Source: an uncultured Planctomycetia bacterium (lineage in GTDB: Bacteria; Omnitrophota; Gorgyraeia; Tantalellales; Tantalellaceae). Taken from it: a stretch of 64,000 nt of DNA. The notes beneath the pieces were generated by a model. That model ran no database searches. It saw only the letters and a list, made by a program, of their open reading frames with translations, and had not been told where the DNA came from. A program made the position numbers and the translations under genes. This document shows, piece by piece, positions 1 to 10,390 of this stretch (positions are counted from its first letter, which is position 1; every line of letters begins with the position of its first letter). The DNA lies in contig CAZNEE010000001.1 in the NCBI GenBank assembly GCA_964572255.1, positions 66,223 through 130,222 on the forward strand. The letters are read 5' to 3'.

Positions 1-127
1 AAGAGTTAATGAACTTACACGATATTTACTGGGGGTAAAGGATTCTACGGATGAACTAAAAAAACAGAAAGTTTTTGAAGATACTCTTACAGATCAAGGA
101 CTTGAAGTAGCAGGAAAATTACGCGCT

Positions 128-3100
128 ATGAGCACCAAAACCTCAATAGTCTTGGCAAATTATACTCCGAAGGAAAAAGCCCAGGCTCTGAGGAACGTGC
201 AAGAGATCGATCCGATCCAGGCCATAGAGGCTTTTCAGGTAATGGAGAATCACTTTACAGGTTTTAAGAATAAGGAGGATTTTATTGCTCTGATCAGATT
301 TTACTGCGTATTTTCTGAAGGTATTGGACATGAATATTCTTCATATAGAAGCGAACTGCGCAGTATATTTACATATTTGTTGCGAGACGTTCGTTTTCCC
401 GATCCCGATCATCCGGAGATCAAGCTGGACCTTGATGATCTTGAAGATATAGCTAAAGCGGTGAGCGATGTAGAGACTGCCGAAAAAGAACTCGGCGTGA
501 GTGCGGTAAGTCAGGATCTTAATGTATCCGCGGAAGATATACCGATGTTCAGAGACCTCCTTTTTGAGGTTTTATATGAACGCCTTTCGGAAATTGAAGA
601 TCCCGATACGTTTTTTACCGTATTAAAGGATTTTTTAAACAGATGGCCTCTGGTCGGGTATTCCGAGATGATCAATATGGAGAGCCAGTATTTGCATATT
701 GACCCGAAACCCATTCTGGATCCCGGAGAAGTCAAATCTAGGTATGAAGGGATCGTGAAAAAAGGCATCCGGTTCATAGGGTCATCAGGGCCTGTATCCG
801 GAGATGATCCGGAAGTCCTGGAGCGCCTTATGATGGTGAGCTTCTTTTTGAAGGATATGTTTATAAAGTCCACCGTGCAGGAAGATCTTGCGATGAGGAT
901 AACGGAAAATATGGATTTTGAAGATGCGCTTGATTTTACCGAGAATTCCTACCACCCGCAAAACCCCTCCGGATTCCTTAGCTGCTGGGAGTACTTGATC
1001 GAAGAAAAGGCCCGGACCACGCAGCAATTGGATATATTGGGCGAAAAAATATTTAACATTTTGAGCGTTGACTCTGAAGGCATGGCGAAGACTTTCGGGA
1101 ATATTGCGGGATTTGACTGGCTTTCTGACCGCGTATTCGATGACAAACTGTTTTCTCTTCTGGCCTTGATGGAATCCGGCCAGAGCGACCAGAACTTAAG
1201 GTCATATCTTTTTTCAAAATGGTATGACAAATATAAGAAGTTTATAGATCCCGCAGAGGCGACCGAAATAGATTCCGGCGAACTGGAAGAGTGGGCCTCT
1301 GAAAATCCTGAAACGGTCATGCAAGAGGTTACTCGTGCTGACTATGATATCGGCAAATTATATTTCCCTTTGCAAAAATCAATGGAACAACTTTACAGGA
1401 TGGGCTTTAAAAGCAAATATGTTCTATTGAGGAAGCTGCTGGCAGGCAGAAACGGTGTTCTGCGCTTATATGAAAATAGAAAATTGCTGCTGAATGATTT
1501 CCTCAAGAGCAGCGTATCGTTTGAGGACGGGGGAAAGAAAGCAGAAGAGGTAATAACGGATATTTTAAGTAAGTTCTTTGAAGAGGCAGAGGAAGATCAG
1601 CTTTATTTTATGCTAAATCCGATCCTTATGGACCGCATCGGTGTTCCGCCCAGGGAACCTACACCATGGCATGATATTCCCGAGGTCAAAGATGAATTTC
1701 ATGAGATCGTGGACTACCTTTCCCATTATGATGTATTTCCTAAAGCGGGAATGGACGAAGTGGAAACGGCCGTTACAAAAAGGCTCTTAACATGGATATA
1801 TGGCTACACCCCGAAAGACCTGGATGAATCCGTCTTGGAAGAGAGCGAAGACCCGGACGATAAGTTTTTATCCCTGGCAGGTACAAGCACTTCCGGAGAA
1901 GGGATAGAACAGCTTACCTCAATAGGCCTGATCCTGCAGGTCGCAAAAAGGCTTGGTGCTCCCGGTGTAAGATTCCTTCAGCTTTTAGGGCAATTCATTG
2001 ATCTCCCCGATGAATATTCCGATGAATTCATGGATGTATATGATTCGATGGTAGGACAGTCAAGACTTTCAGCTTACCAGCTCCTGAAAAGGGAATGCCC
2101 CGAATATGTAAAAAGGATAAAAAAATTCAAACCCAGGGTCGGAGGCGGCTCACTCATGACGGTGTATGAAGTCGAGCTGGATGATGGGGCCAGGGAAGTC
2201 GTAAAGGTGCGTAACCCCAACGCCAGGTATTTTGCCGAGAGGTCTATCGAGCTCTTAGAGAAAGTTTTACGGGAGCTGTCGGAGGAAGATGAAAGGTACG
2301 AACAGGCGCTTGCGCTTCTTGATGACCTGCGGGAGTGGATCGAGGGGGACCTTACCGACGATGCATTTGCCGAAAATGATAAGATTTTCAGAAAGACCAA
2401 TGATGGATATAAGCCGAAGAAATTTAATTACAAGATAAGGGTATTCGAAAGCCATGACAGCGGTTCTCCGTACGTGATAAGAGAAAGATTTGTTGAGGGA
2501 ACGGACCTCACGAGAATTAATGACACAGATTTGCACCAGGATGAAAGAAAAGAAATCGCCGGCTTGATCATAAGAAATTATCTTGACCAGATCAAGGGGA
2601 GCTTACTTAAGGGGACTGCACTAGTGCATGCAGATGTTCATCCCGGTAATTTCAGGGTGACCGGGGATAAAGAAGTTGCGATACTCGACCGCAGTTCATA
2701 TATCGAATTGACGCTTGAAGATAGACTGTTGGTCAACAGTTTAGCAAAAGCCGGGAATATAGAGGAAAGATTAAAGATATTCCTTAAATATCTTGCAAAA
2801 CAAGAGGGGAATCAACATCTTAAGGACGCCAAGGAAGAAGAAAAAATTCGTTCTTTTGTATTGTCCAAATTAGATACAAATAAGAAGGACTTGGAAAAAG
2901 CCGTCTTGGATATCATCGTGCATCTCAAGAGGAGGAACGTGAAAATACCTCTTAAGATAACACTGCTTGTTAAAAACTTACATATACTCAGCAAGTGGGC
3001 AAAGGATGCCGGATTTGATTCGCTTCAGGAAGCGGCTGAATTCAATCCTAAGAAGCAAAAAGGCAAAGCCGATAGTACCGGAAAAACCTTACATATGAAA

Positions 3101-6100
3101 GGCATAGCTACGATCCTGGGAGTTATTATAGGTTTTGTAGTGGGAATGCCGGCATTAGGTCTTGGTATAGGAGTTCTGGCGGATATTGTTTTTGCGCTTC
3201 CGGCCGGATGGATAAGCGTTTTCATCAAAGCTGTCCGCAAGGAAGTGAAATATTTTATCGGTGTCGGTACGGGCGCGCTGATCACGCTTCTTATATTGAT
3301 GTGCGTTCCTGCGGACCATGCCAGAGGGAGCAGCGGATTGGTCAGCGAACCCAGCATGGTATTTTTCGGGGATAGTTATAAAACCGGTATTCCCGCGGCA
3401 AGGCTTGAGGACATCGAACCTGAACCGCTATTCGGTCAAGAGCCGGAGGAAAGGCTCGAGGGGCCCGGTGACGGCAAGCCTTATAGTACCGTTAAAATAG
3501 GATTTGAAGAGGTGAGAGATGCATATATTCCTCTCAGGAACAGGAGAAGCGGAAAAAATGCCGATAAAAATACATTGACCGCTGCAGGTAACTTGATCGA
3601 TCTGGTGTTGGAACATACCGATATAGACATGTCTGATGAGTACAGAAAGAACGTGAAGTTCCAGCTGATCATGACGATGATGGTGGAAAGCGACCAGTTT
3701 GCAGCACGTTTTCAGTACGGCGGAGGCCCTAACAGGGGGCTTGCACAGTTAAATCCCCGGGATGCCGGGAGGATCATTGATTATGTAGACAGAAGGTCGG
3801 GAAGGGAACTGTTCAAAAATGTTCTCCTGAAAACCATCGGCGAAGACTGGCAAGAGACCATTCTTGATAAGTCTGTCGATGAAATAACGGCCATGGTACA
3901 GGGGAAAGCCGGTGCGGAAGAAAAAGAAAAAGCAGAATGGACCACCCGGGTCGGCGGATTCAAATCATTTCTCATATATTCCAAGTTCAAGGTCCTTATT
4001 GCAAAGGCTCTGGATGCTGATTGGAGTTCGATCACAGCCATGACAGATCAGGAAATAGCCCAGAAGCTGGCTGATAATGATCTGCTCACGGCCGTAATGA
4101 GCCGCGCATATTATTTCATGAGCCCGGGGCTTGTTCCGGACAGAGGGGATCTGGAAGCCGTATACGAGTATTATCTCGCGACATGGGATCCCGACCCGCC
4201 CGTTTCCATGGACAGGTTTAAAAAGATGGCGGAAGTGGTCAATGAAAGCGGCATCATTGAAGGCCCGAGCGCAGTGATCGTAAAAACGGCAGCTGAAGAT
4301 AAAACCAAGGTTGTCCGGGAAGCCGTCCGTGAAAAAACGCCGGAAGACGCACAAACCGAAAGAAGCATCGAATCTGCTATGGGCAAGGATATCCCATTAA
4401 GGAACAGAACAGCCGAAAGAAGGCCAAGCAAAGAGTCCTTAAGAGCTTTGGCGGAGATTATAGACATTATCCTTGAACATACAGACAGGGAGATGACAAC
4501 GGAGTATAAGGAGAACGTAAAGAACCAGATAATCATGACAATAATGGTCGAGAGCGACCAGCTTGCGGCGCGGCAGCAGTACAAAGGAGGACCTGCCAGG
4601 GGCCTCGCGCAGTTCGAACCTTTGACCGCGGAATATGTCAGGGATTATATAGGAAAGAGATCCGAAGCCGGAGGGTTCACAAATGTAGTAAAAAGGGTGT
4701 TTGGTGAAAATTGGGAAGAGGCAGTATTCACAATGTCCCATGAAGAAATAATCGATAAGTTGGCGCAGCAGTTGGCGAATAAGCCGGATCAGACGCCGAA
4801 AGAAGAGAAAAAGCTCATAGAAAAGATCATTAAAGGCAAAGTCCGGAATTTCAGGTCATTTTTGGTATATTCAAGGTTCAGGTTCCTCATCATAAAGGCA
4901 TTGGGTTCGGATTGGGGATCAGTTACGGCCATGAGCGGCCAAGAATTGGGGGACAGGATGGCGAAAGGTGCGGGAAGGGACGTGTTCGCCATTACCATGA
5001 GCCGTGCGAATTATTTCAGGGATCCGAGGCTTATTCCTGACAGGAGGGACACGGAAGCCGTATATAGATATTATCTCGAGAACTGGCGTCCCGGAAAACC
5101 CGTTCCTTTTTCAAGATTCAGGGATCTTGTCCGGATGGTCAATGAAAGCGGTATTTTCAAGACAGAAGAAGTGGTTACCCCGGAACCGTTCGAAACACAG
5201 GAGATGCAAACGGAACCGCTTGTGCCGGCTGCCGGCAGTTGGTTCAGCGACCCCGAATATGCCCGGAAAAAAGCATGGTGGATCGAGACCCTGATATCTT
5301 TTGGAGTTGGAACGGTTACTGCGCTTACATTGGCGCTGGCGGGGCTTGCGAATGCCATTCCTTTAACGGCTTCTATCGCGGCCGCGGTCACTTTCTGGCT
5401 TCCTCATTTATTATTCGATAACAAAAAAGCGGCTTTTGATCATTCTGTTCTTTCTCTGTCGCTTGTTACATGGCTTTTCTCTATGGCAGCTTTCTTGCCG
5501 GTTTATTTCGGGGCAGCCCTTCCTATATCTATAGGGGCGGTCGTTTTTTCAGGTGTTTCATTGGCATTAATGCACAGGAAGATGAATCTGGGCATAAGAG
5601 CTATACCCAAATTATTTTTATTCATAATATTGTGTCTGTTAAGCCGCGGACAGGCAAAAGCGGATGAGTTTGAGGATGACCTTCAATTCATGCCGACATT
5701 TGAATTAGTGCCGGATGGAGATGGAGATCCGATACCGAAGATCGGTTTTTATTTTAAATGGACGTTCGGGGGCGATTCGGAAGATTATACCTATTACAGA
5801 GAAAAGCGGCCTTCTTTGGATACATGGAGCCGCGTCGGGCTGACAAGCCTTTTGGTGCTGGGCACGCATTACTATGATAAAGATGCCGGCGATACACGGC
5901 CTTATCTATATGCGAACGTGTTAAGTTCGGCTCTATTGGGCACTTTTGGATCATGGCAGCATGACCAGGATATACTGGACAACACGATATACGGGGGTTT
6001 AGCCGGACTTACGATGTATGCGGGCAAACGCTTTACGGGAGATATGCTTGATGAGCCGGGTTACTGGAGTTTTCTCGGAAGGCCCATCCATTCAGTCGGT

Positions 6101-9100
6101 GTTTCGATGAGAAATAATATTTTAATAGGAGAGGCGCCTTTCAGCAGGCTTGAATTTGATTTCGGGCCGGCACTCTTTAGTTTTGTACCGAAAGACGATC
6201 ATATGGATGTGGGTTTTTGCCTGCTTCCGTATCCTTTATGGGGCATGAGCCACGGTCTTGTTTCCGGAGGGAAGATCGATTGGAGGAGCACTTTCAAGGT
6301 AGGTGCTTTGGTTTTTGAAGGCAACAAAAGCGATCCATATTTGGCCGGTGCAGCCGGAGTGGCAATAGGTAATGTTATATTTCGTAGGCCTGACAGTTAT
6401 TTTGAAGGCAGAGAAGAATTCTTCAAGCCTGTTTTATATCACGAATTTATTCATACGACGCAATATAATGATCTTAGTAGCTTGTGGTATTTTTTCATGC
6501 ACCTCTCAGATGTTGACAGAAAAGGAATGATAGACTTTTCCAGAAATTATTGGTTGAGGATCGATAGACTGGCCCCTTGGGGGACAGGTATGTTATGGAA
6601 TTGGCATGAAAAATCACAGGATATTGAACATGATGATATGCTTATTGAGTTGGAAACAACGGCATTCGAGGAATGGTATAAAGACTCCCATGAAATAGAA
6701 TTACCATGGTCTCACCATTTCCGGTTTCCGAAATACATCTGGGATGAGTTCGAGAGACGTCTTATAGAAAACCCCGAAATAAGCTCGGATGTTTACAAAC
6801 AGGTCAAGATCAACGGCCTTGCCTGGAGAGATGCGAGAAGTAAGCTTCACTGGCTTGATGAAATGATCGGGGAAGAGGATTTCGAGAGAGTTTTAACTCA
6901 GGCTAAAGACGCCATAAATGCCGTTAAAAAAGGATCTTCAAGAAAAGTAGCGGATATATCCGAAGTTAGAGATGTAGTCCTGTACCATGAGTTGATACAT
7001 TCTAGTTTTCATGATGTAAAGTATAAGGAGCTGATCAAAGGCTTATGGCAGAAATTGTACGAAAAAACGGGGCCGCTTCATGAAAATCACCCGTTTATCA
7101 CCGCCTTCAGGAAAGTATACGGTGAACCTCACGGGATCGAAACCACATCCCTGGACAGGATCGGCTGGTATCTTGAGGAATTTCTCACCTTATCCATTCA
7201 GGAGAAAAATGTCTTTAATGATGAATATGCCGTTATCAACAGGATGGATTATGATGACCCGGACTTCCTCAAAAAAGCTTTGACAGAGGTCCTTGACACT
7301 AAGATAGCCAGGGATCTTATGAGATTTTTACCGGAGAAAGCCATTAAATATAAAGACGGCACATCTAATGCGGAAACTAAAGTATTGCCCGCGGAAGAAG
7401 ACCCCCGTTTATCCCGGGAAATTCTGGAAATGATAAGGAAAGCGGATACAGTCCGTATCCAGATAGAGCAAAAAAAGAGAAGCAGGACCAAAGCTTTTGA
7501 AGCGGAAGAGGCCAGGACAACAAAAGGAAGGGGCAAGGTAAAAGCGTTCGTGCCTCCCCAAAAAAGAAGCCTTGTCGATACTGCTGTTTTTGAAAATGAA
7601 CTTGCCAGACTGGGCGTTGTAGAGATGAAGAAAGGAAAGTATCACTTCAATATCATTCCAAATCTCAAAATGACCCCTGATGGTGAAGTCAGAATAGATA
7701 TGGAAAAGGCCTTGAGGTATAAAGATTTAATAGCTATACCCGAAAGCTTATCGACAGAAAATGTCAGGATCGTCCAGGAGCTGTATTATCAGGCTGTGAT
7801 ATTGGAACTTAAAGCCAGGAGAACCGAAGGTGAGCAGGCAACTTCTTTATTGATGCAGGCCGAAGTGATGAGAGCAAAAGCCAATAAAATACTTGAAGAT
7901 TGGGAGATAAAGCCCAATGACGCCGTAGTTAAGAAAAATCTGGAGATGATAGAGAAGAAGTTAGCCCCGTATAAAAATGTCAAAGAAACGGCAAAGTTCG
8001 ACAAAGAAAAAGAAAAGAAAAAAGTTATAAAAGTAATGGTGAACCCGAATGGCGAGATCGTAGATAAGCCGGGAACCTTGACCCAGACAATAGAGATCGT
8101 TTTTGATACATGGGATAACCAGCTGGAACTTCCTCTGAAGAAAGTTCATATCAACCTTCGCCAGGCTGTTAAGTATTACAACAGGGCAAATACACCGTCC
8201 GCGAAAATCAAGTTTACAACTACGGTCATTGACAAGATCAAAGAGGAGGAAGCGGAGCAAAATTTTGAAGGAAAAACACAGATAGAACCCTTTGAAGATA
8301 ATTTACCGGGAACTGTGATGAACTCGTCAGACACTATCGGAAAATGGGAAGAAGTCGTGCCTGTTAAATTATCTAAAAAAACAGGCGCACTTGAAGGCAT
8401 TATCATGAACATTGATACGAAAGAGACAATAGACCTTTCCAGGGTAAGCCAGACATGGCTGGATGATCCGAATGAAATGGTATCTTATGTTAACCGCGTT
8501 GAAAATTATATTCAGCAGGCCAGTCCCTCTCCAGAAGAAGGCGAACTCCTTCAGGATATTATAAGACAGTTCAAAGCTCATTTACCCGAACGGATCGTTA
8601 TTGTTAACGAAGGGAAGAAAGGTTTTTTCGGAACGGGAAAAGAGAATTTTATTATTATTGATGAGACGCTTTTGAATGATGATCCTGAAGCCCTCCTTCA
8701 TGAGATCAGTGAATACTTAAAGCACAGTGATCCTGAGATCATAAGCCGCATGGAAAATCTTCTCGATCATTCTAAATCCAATAAATATGCAGGAGGCGTG
8801 TGGCTTGATGAAAAAATGGCAAAATATGAAGCTCAAGGGAGACTGGATTATTTTATTAAGAACAGGGAACATTACGTTATCCGCGCTTTTATACGCCAGG
8901 TATTTAAGGATAAGGACGTGGAGTTGACCCGGGCCATAAAAGAGTCATATTTAACCGATAACGGCACAATGTCTAATCTTAAGGGGATAGACTTAAAGTC
9001 CATGATAGGCGAGAAATTATTAAGTGCATTCACTGAATTAAATAACGGGAAGAGGCCTCAGATCATAAACGTATCCGGGCAATATGAGGATGTTGCAGCC

Positions 9101-10390
9101 GAACAGGAGAAAAAGATGAAGGATATTCCGGATGACGAGTATGTTATCGTGACCTTGTCTGATTCTATTCAAAGTTTCGAGTACTATGTCGATTATTACC
9201 GCATTGCGGTCGACAAAGCGGGCATTTTCAGGGACAGACATTTTAAGAAGCTTTGGGAAGAAAACGGCGATCTCGGGCGGGATTTTGAATTTGTCTTTAG
9301 TTTCCGGATATTTCAGAACTTAAGCGTTGAAATAGGCGATGTTGCCGTAGGCAAACATAAAAGCATGGATCTTGAAGATCTGAAGAGAGTTGATGAATTA
9401 AGAGGCAAGGGAATAGTGTCCGAGGCTTTCAGCATTCTCGCAAAGAGGCTCGAGGAAGATCTGGGAGGGAAAAATATAGTTACCAGGTCTTTAGAGGAAA
9501 CAGAGAAAGAGGAAGAGGAATTTAAGATCATACCGCATCTTATGAGGAAGCATTTTGACGCGCAAAAAGTCGGTTACAATACATACATCGGGAAGATAAG
9601 AACCAGGATCGACCCCGAACTCCCGGCTTTAACGAGCCTGGAAGAGGAAGAAGGCGAGAGGGAACTTAAAGAATATCTTACGGATCTTGTAAGCGAAACG
9701 GCCCAGGGAAGCATGCAGGACCTTATGGACGGTGGAGAGGTAATATTTAACATTCCTCTGAATCCTGAAATGGCAGGTGTAACGGATGAAGTAAGATCAA
9801 AATTCTACAACAGGATATATGAAGCCCGCAGATTATCGAACGATCTGGTCCAGACCTTTAACCTCGGGAATATCATGATAAATTTCTTCGAAGAATCTGC
9901 TGAAGGGAGAAGCGAACTTTTAGCCAGAATGCAGAAGGCTATCGGCAAGTGGGGCGACATTACAATCGAGGATAAAAAAAGAAGGGTCATAACTTTCTCT
10001 TTTGAGAAGAGCGAAGAAATAGAGAGGGAATCATTTGTTGTTTATTTGGAAGGTGCTAAAAAAGGTGAAAAAACCGCAACACCTACGCCGATATCGGCTT
10101 GTGTCGCCGCGGGAATAAGAATAGTGAACCTGTTCGATCTCACCAGATCCGATAGAGAGGCGAAGCCTGATAAGGATCAGATCGAAGATGCCGTCAGAAA
10201 AGCGGCCAGAGGAATAGTTGCGTTATCGGGCTCGATAAATAAGCAATTATTGGATTCCCTGGTCGCCAGGATCCAAAAAGAAGGATTACTTGAACTGTCG
10301 GGAAAATTATTCGTGAAAATCAGACCTATAAATTGGGGCGAGGTAATTTTATATCATGAAGCTGAAGCGGAAGCGCTTAGATCACTGTAA
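128..10390 (+). CDS. Giant multidomain membrane protein, 3,420 aa from the first ATG. The reading frame has no stop between position 2 and 128, so the gene very likely continues upstream of the window (5'-partial). Contains an ABC1/UbiB-type kinase-like domain, two tandem SLT-like repeats, two TM clusters and two LYHExIH motifs.
   Basis: Single uninterrupted ORF in the supplied track. I read codons 2-127 by hand and found no stop. Motif reading: GGGS...VVKV...HADVHPGNF...ILDRSS (ABC1-like); MVESDQ...GGPxRGLAQ twice (SLT-like); hydrophobic stretches at about 3100-3310 and 5280-5640; HEFIH at 6440-6454 and HELIH at 6986-7000. Confidence 0.8.
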   Translation: MSTKTSIVLANYTPKEKAQALRNVQEIDPIQAIEAFQVMENHFTGFKNKEDFIALIRFYCVFSEGIGHEYSSYRSELRSIFTYLLRDVRFPDPDHPEIKLDLDDLEDIAKAVSDVETAEKELGVSAVSQDLNVSAEDIPMFRDLLFEVLYERLSEIEDPDTFFTVLKDFLNRWPLVGYSEMINMESQYLHIDPKPILDPGEVKSRYEGIVKKGIRFIGSSGPVSGDDPEVLERLMMVSFFLKDMFIKSTVQEDLAMRITENMDFEDALDFTENSYHPQNPSGFLSCWEYLIEEKARTTQQLDILGEKIFNILSVDSEGMAKTFGNIAGFDWLSDRVFDDKLFSLLALMESGQSDQNLRSYLFSKWYDKYKKFIDPAEATEIDSGELEEWASENPETVMQEVTRADYDIGKLYFPLQKSMEQLYRMGFKSKYVLLRKLLAGRNGVLRLYENRKLLLNDFLKSSVSFEDGGKKAEEVITDILSKFFEEAEEDQLYFMLNPILMDRIGVPPREPTPWHDIPEVKDEFHEIVDYLSHYDVFPKAGMDEVETAVTKRLLTWIYGYTPKDLDESVLEESEDPDDKFLSLAGTSTSGEGIEQLTSIGLILQVAKRLGAPGVRFLQLLGQFIDLPDEYSDEFMDVYDSMVGQSRLSAYQLLKRECPEYVKRIKKFKPRVGGGSLMTVYEVELDDGAREVVKVRNPNARYFAERSIELLEKVLRELSEEDERYEQALALLDDLREWIEGDLTDDAFAENDKIFRKTNDGYKPKKFNYKIRVFESHDSGSPYVIRERFVEGTDLTRINDTDLHQDERKEIAGLIIRNYLDQIKGSLLKGTALVHADVHPGNFRVTGDKEVAILDRSSYIELTLEDRLLVNSLAKAGNIEERLKIFLKYLAKQEGNQHLKDAKEEEKIRSFVLSKLDTNKKDLEKAVLDIIVHLKRRNVKIPLKITLLVKNLHILSKWAKDAGFDSLQEAAEFNPKKQKGKADSTGKTLHMKGIATILGVIIGFVVGMPALGLGIGVLADIVFALPAGWISVFIKAVRKEVKYFIGVGTGALITLLILMCVPADHARGSSGLVSEPSMVFFGDSYKTGIPAARLEDIEPEPLFGQEPEERLEGPGDGKPYSTVKIGFEEVRDAYIPLRNRRSGKNADKNTLTAAGNLIDLVLEHTDIDMSDEYRKNVKFQLIMTMMVESDQFAARFQYGGGPNRGLAQLNPRDAGRIIDYVDRRSGRELFKNVLLKTIGEDWQETILDKSVDEITAMVQGKAGAEEKEKAEWTTRVGGFKSFLIYSKFKVLIAKALDADWSSITAMTDQEIAQKLADNDLLTAVMSRAYYFMSPGLVPDRGDLEAVYEYYLATWDPDPPVSMDRFKKMAEVVNESGIIEGPSAVIVKTAAEDKTKVVREAVREKTPEDAQTERSIESAMGKDIPLRNRTAERRPSKESLRALAEIIDIILEHTDREMTTEYKENVKNQIIMTIMVESDQLAARQQYKGGPARGLAQFEPLTAEYVRDYIGKRSEAGGFTNVVKRVFGENWEEAVFTMSHEEIIDKLAQQLANKPDQTPKEEKKLIEKIIKGKVRNFRSFLVYSRFRFLIIKALGSDWGSVTAMSGQELGDRMAKGAGRDVFAITMSRANYFRDPRLIPDRRDTEAVYRYYLENWRPGKPVPFSRFRDLVRMVNESGIFKTEEVVTPEPFETQEMQTEPLVPAAGSWFSDPEYARKKAWWIETLISFGVGTVTALTLALAGLANAIPLTASIAAAVTFWLPHLLFDNKKAAFDHSVLSLSLVTWLFSMAAFLPVYFGAALPISIGAVVFSGVSLALMHRKMNLGIRAIPKLFLFIILCLLSRGQAKADEFEDDLQFMPTFELVPDGDGDPIPKIGFYFKWTFGGDSEDYTYYREKRPSLDTWSRVGLTSLLVLGTHYYDKDAGDTRPYLYANVLSSALLGTFGSWQHDQDILDNTIYGGLAGLTMYAGKRFTGDMLDEPGYWSFLGRPIHSVGVSMRNNILIGEAPFSRLEFDFGPALFSFVPKDDHMDVGFCLLPYPLWGMSHGLVSGGKIDWRSTFKVGALVFEGNKSDPYLAGAAGVAIGNVIFRRPDSYFEGREEFFKPVLYHEFIHTTQYNDLSSLWYFFMHLSDVDRKGMIDFSRNYWLRIDRLAPWGTGMLWNWHEKSQDIEHDDMLIELETTAFEEWYKDSHEIELPWSHHFRFPKYIWDEFERRLIENPEISSDVYKQVKINGLAWRDARSKLHWLDEMIGEEDFERVLTQAKDAINAVKKGSSRKVADISEVRDVVLYHELIHSSFHDVKYKELIKGLWQKLYEKTGPLHENHPFITAFRKVYGEPHGIETTSLDRIGWYLEEFLTLSIQEKNVFNDEYAVINRMDYDDPDFLKKALTEVLDTKIARDLMRFLPEKAIKYKDGTSNAETKVLPAEEDPRLSREILEMIRKADTVRIQIEQKKRSRTKAFEAEEARTTKGRGKVKAFVPPQKRSLVDTAVFENELARLGVVEMKKGKYHFNIIPNLKMTPDGEVRIDMEKALRYKDLIAIPESLSTENVRIVQELYYQAVILELKARRTEGEQATSLLMQAEVMRAKANKILEDWEIKPNDAVVKKNLEMIEKKLAPYKNVKETAKFDKEKEKKKVIKVMVNPNGEIVDKPGTLTQTIEIVFDTWDNQLELPLKKVHINLRQAVKYYNRANTPSAKIKFTTTVIDKIKEEEAEQNFEGKTQIEPFEDNLPGTVMNSSDTIGKWEEVVPVKLSKKTGALEGIIMNIDTKETIDLSRVSQTWLDDPNEMVSYVNRVENYIQQASPSPEEGELLQDIIRQFKAHLPERIVIVNEGKKGFFGTGKENFIIIDETLLNDDPEALLHEISEYLKHSDPEIISRMENLLDHSKSNKYAGGVWLDEKMAKYEAQGRLDYFIKNREHYVIRAFIRQVFKDKDVELTRAIKESYLTDNGTMSNLKGIDLKSMIGEKLLSAFTELNNGKRPQIINVSGQYEDVAAEQEKKMKDIPDDEYVIVTLSDSIQSFEYYVDYYRIAVDKAGIFRDRHFKKLWEENGDLGRDFEFVFSFRIFQNLSVEIGDVAVGKHKSMDLEDLKRVDELRGKGIVSEAFSILAKRLEEDLGGKNIVTRSLEETEKEEEEFKIIPHLMRKHFDAQKVGYNTYIGKIRTRIDPELPALTSLEEEEGERELKEYLTDLVSETAQGSMQDLMDGGEVIFNIPLNPEMAGVTDEVRSKFYNRIYEARRLSNDLVQTFNLGNIMINFFEESAEGRSELLARMQKAIGKWGDITIEDKKRRVITFSFEKSEEIERESFVVYLEGAKKGEKTATPTPISACVAAGIRIVNLFDLTRSDREAKPDKDQIEDAVRKAARGIVALSGSINKQLLDSLVARIQKEGLLELSGKLFVKIRPINWGEVILYHEAEAEALRSL
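2100..2760 (+). other. ABC1/UbiB (aarF-domain) atypical kinase-like domain inside the 128-10390 ORF.
   Basis: Gly-rich loop GGGSLMTVYEV, a VVKVRNPN lysine strand, and HADVHPGNFRV followed by AILDRSS. These match the ABC1-family signature HADPHPGN. Confidence 0.5.
3527..4265 (+). other. SLT-like (lysozyme-fold, ES...GLxQ...AYxF) module, copy A of a tandem intragenic duplication.
   Basis: IPLRNRRSG...MTMMVESDQFAARFQYGGGPNRGLAQ...SRAYYFMSPGLVPDRGDLEAVYEYYL...VNESGII. This is a paralogous copy of 4391-5160, about 45% aa identity by eye. Confidence 0.45.
4391..5160 (+). other. SLT-like module, copy B of the tandem duplication.
   Basis: IPLRNRTAERR...MTIMVESDQLAARQQYKGGPARGLAQF...SRANYFRDPRLIPDRRDTEAVYRYYL...VNESGIF. 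The unit spacing is about 864 nt. Confidence 0.45.
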
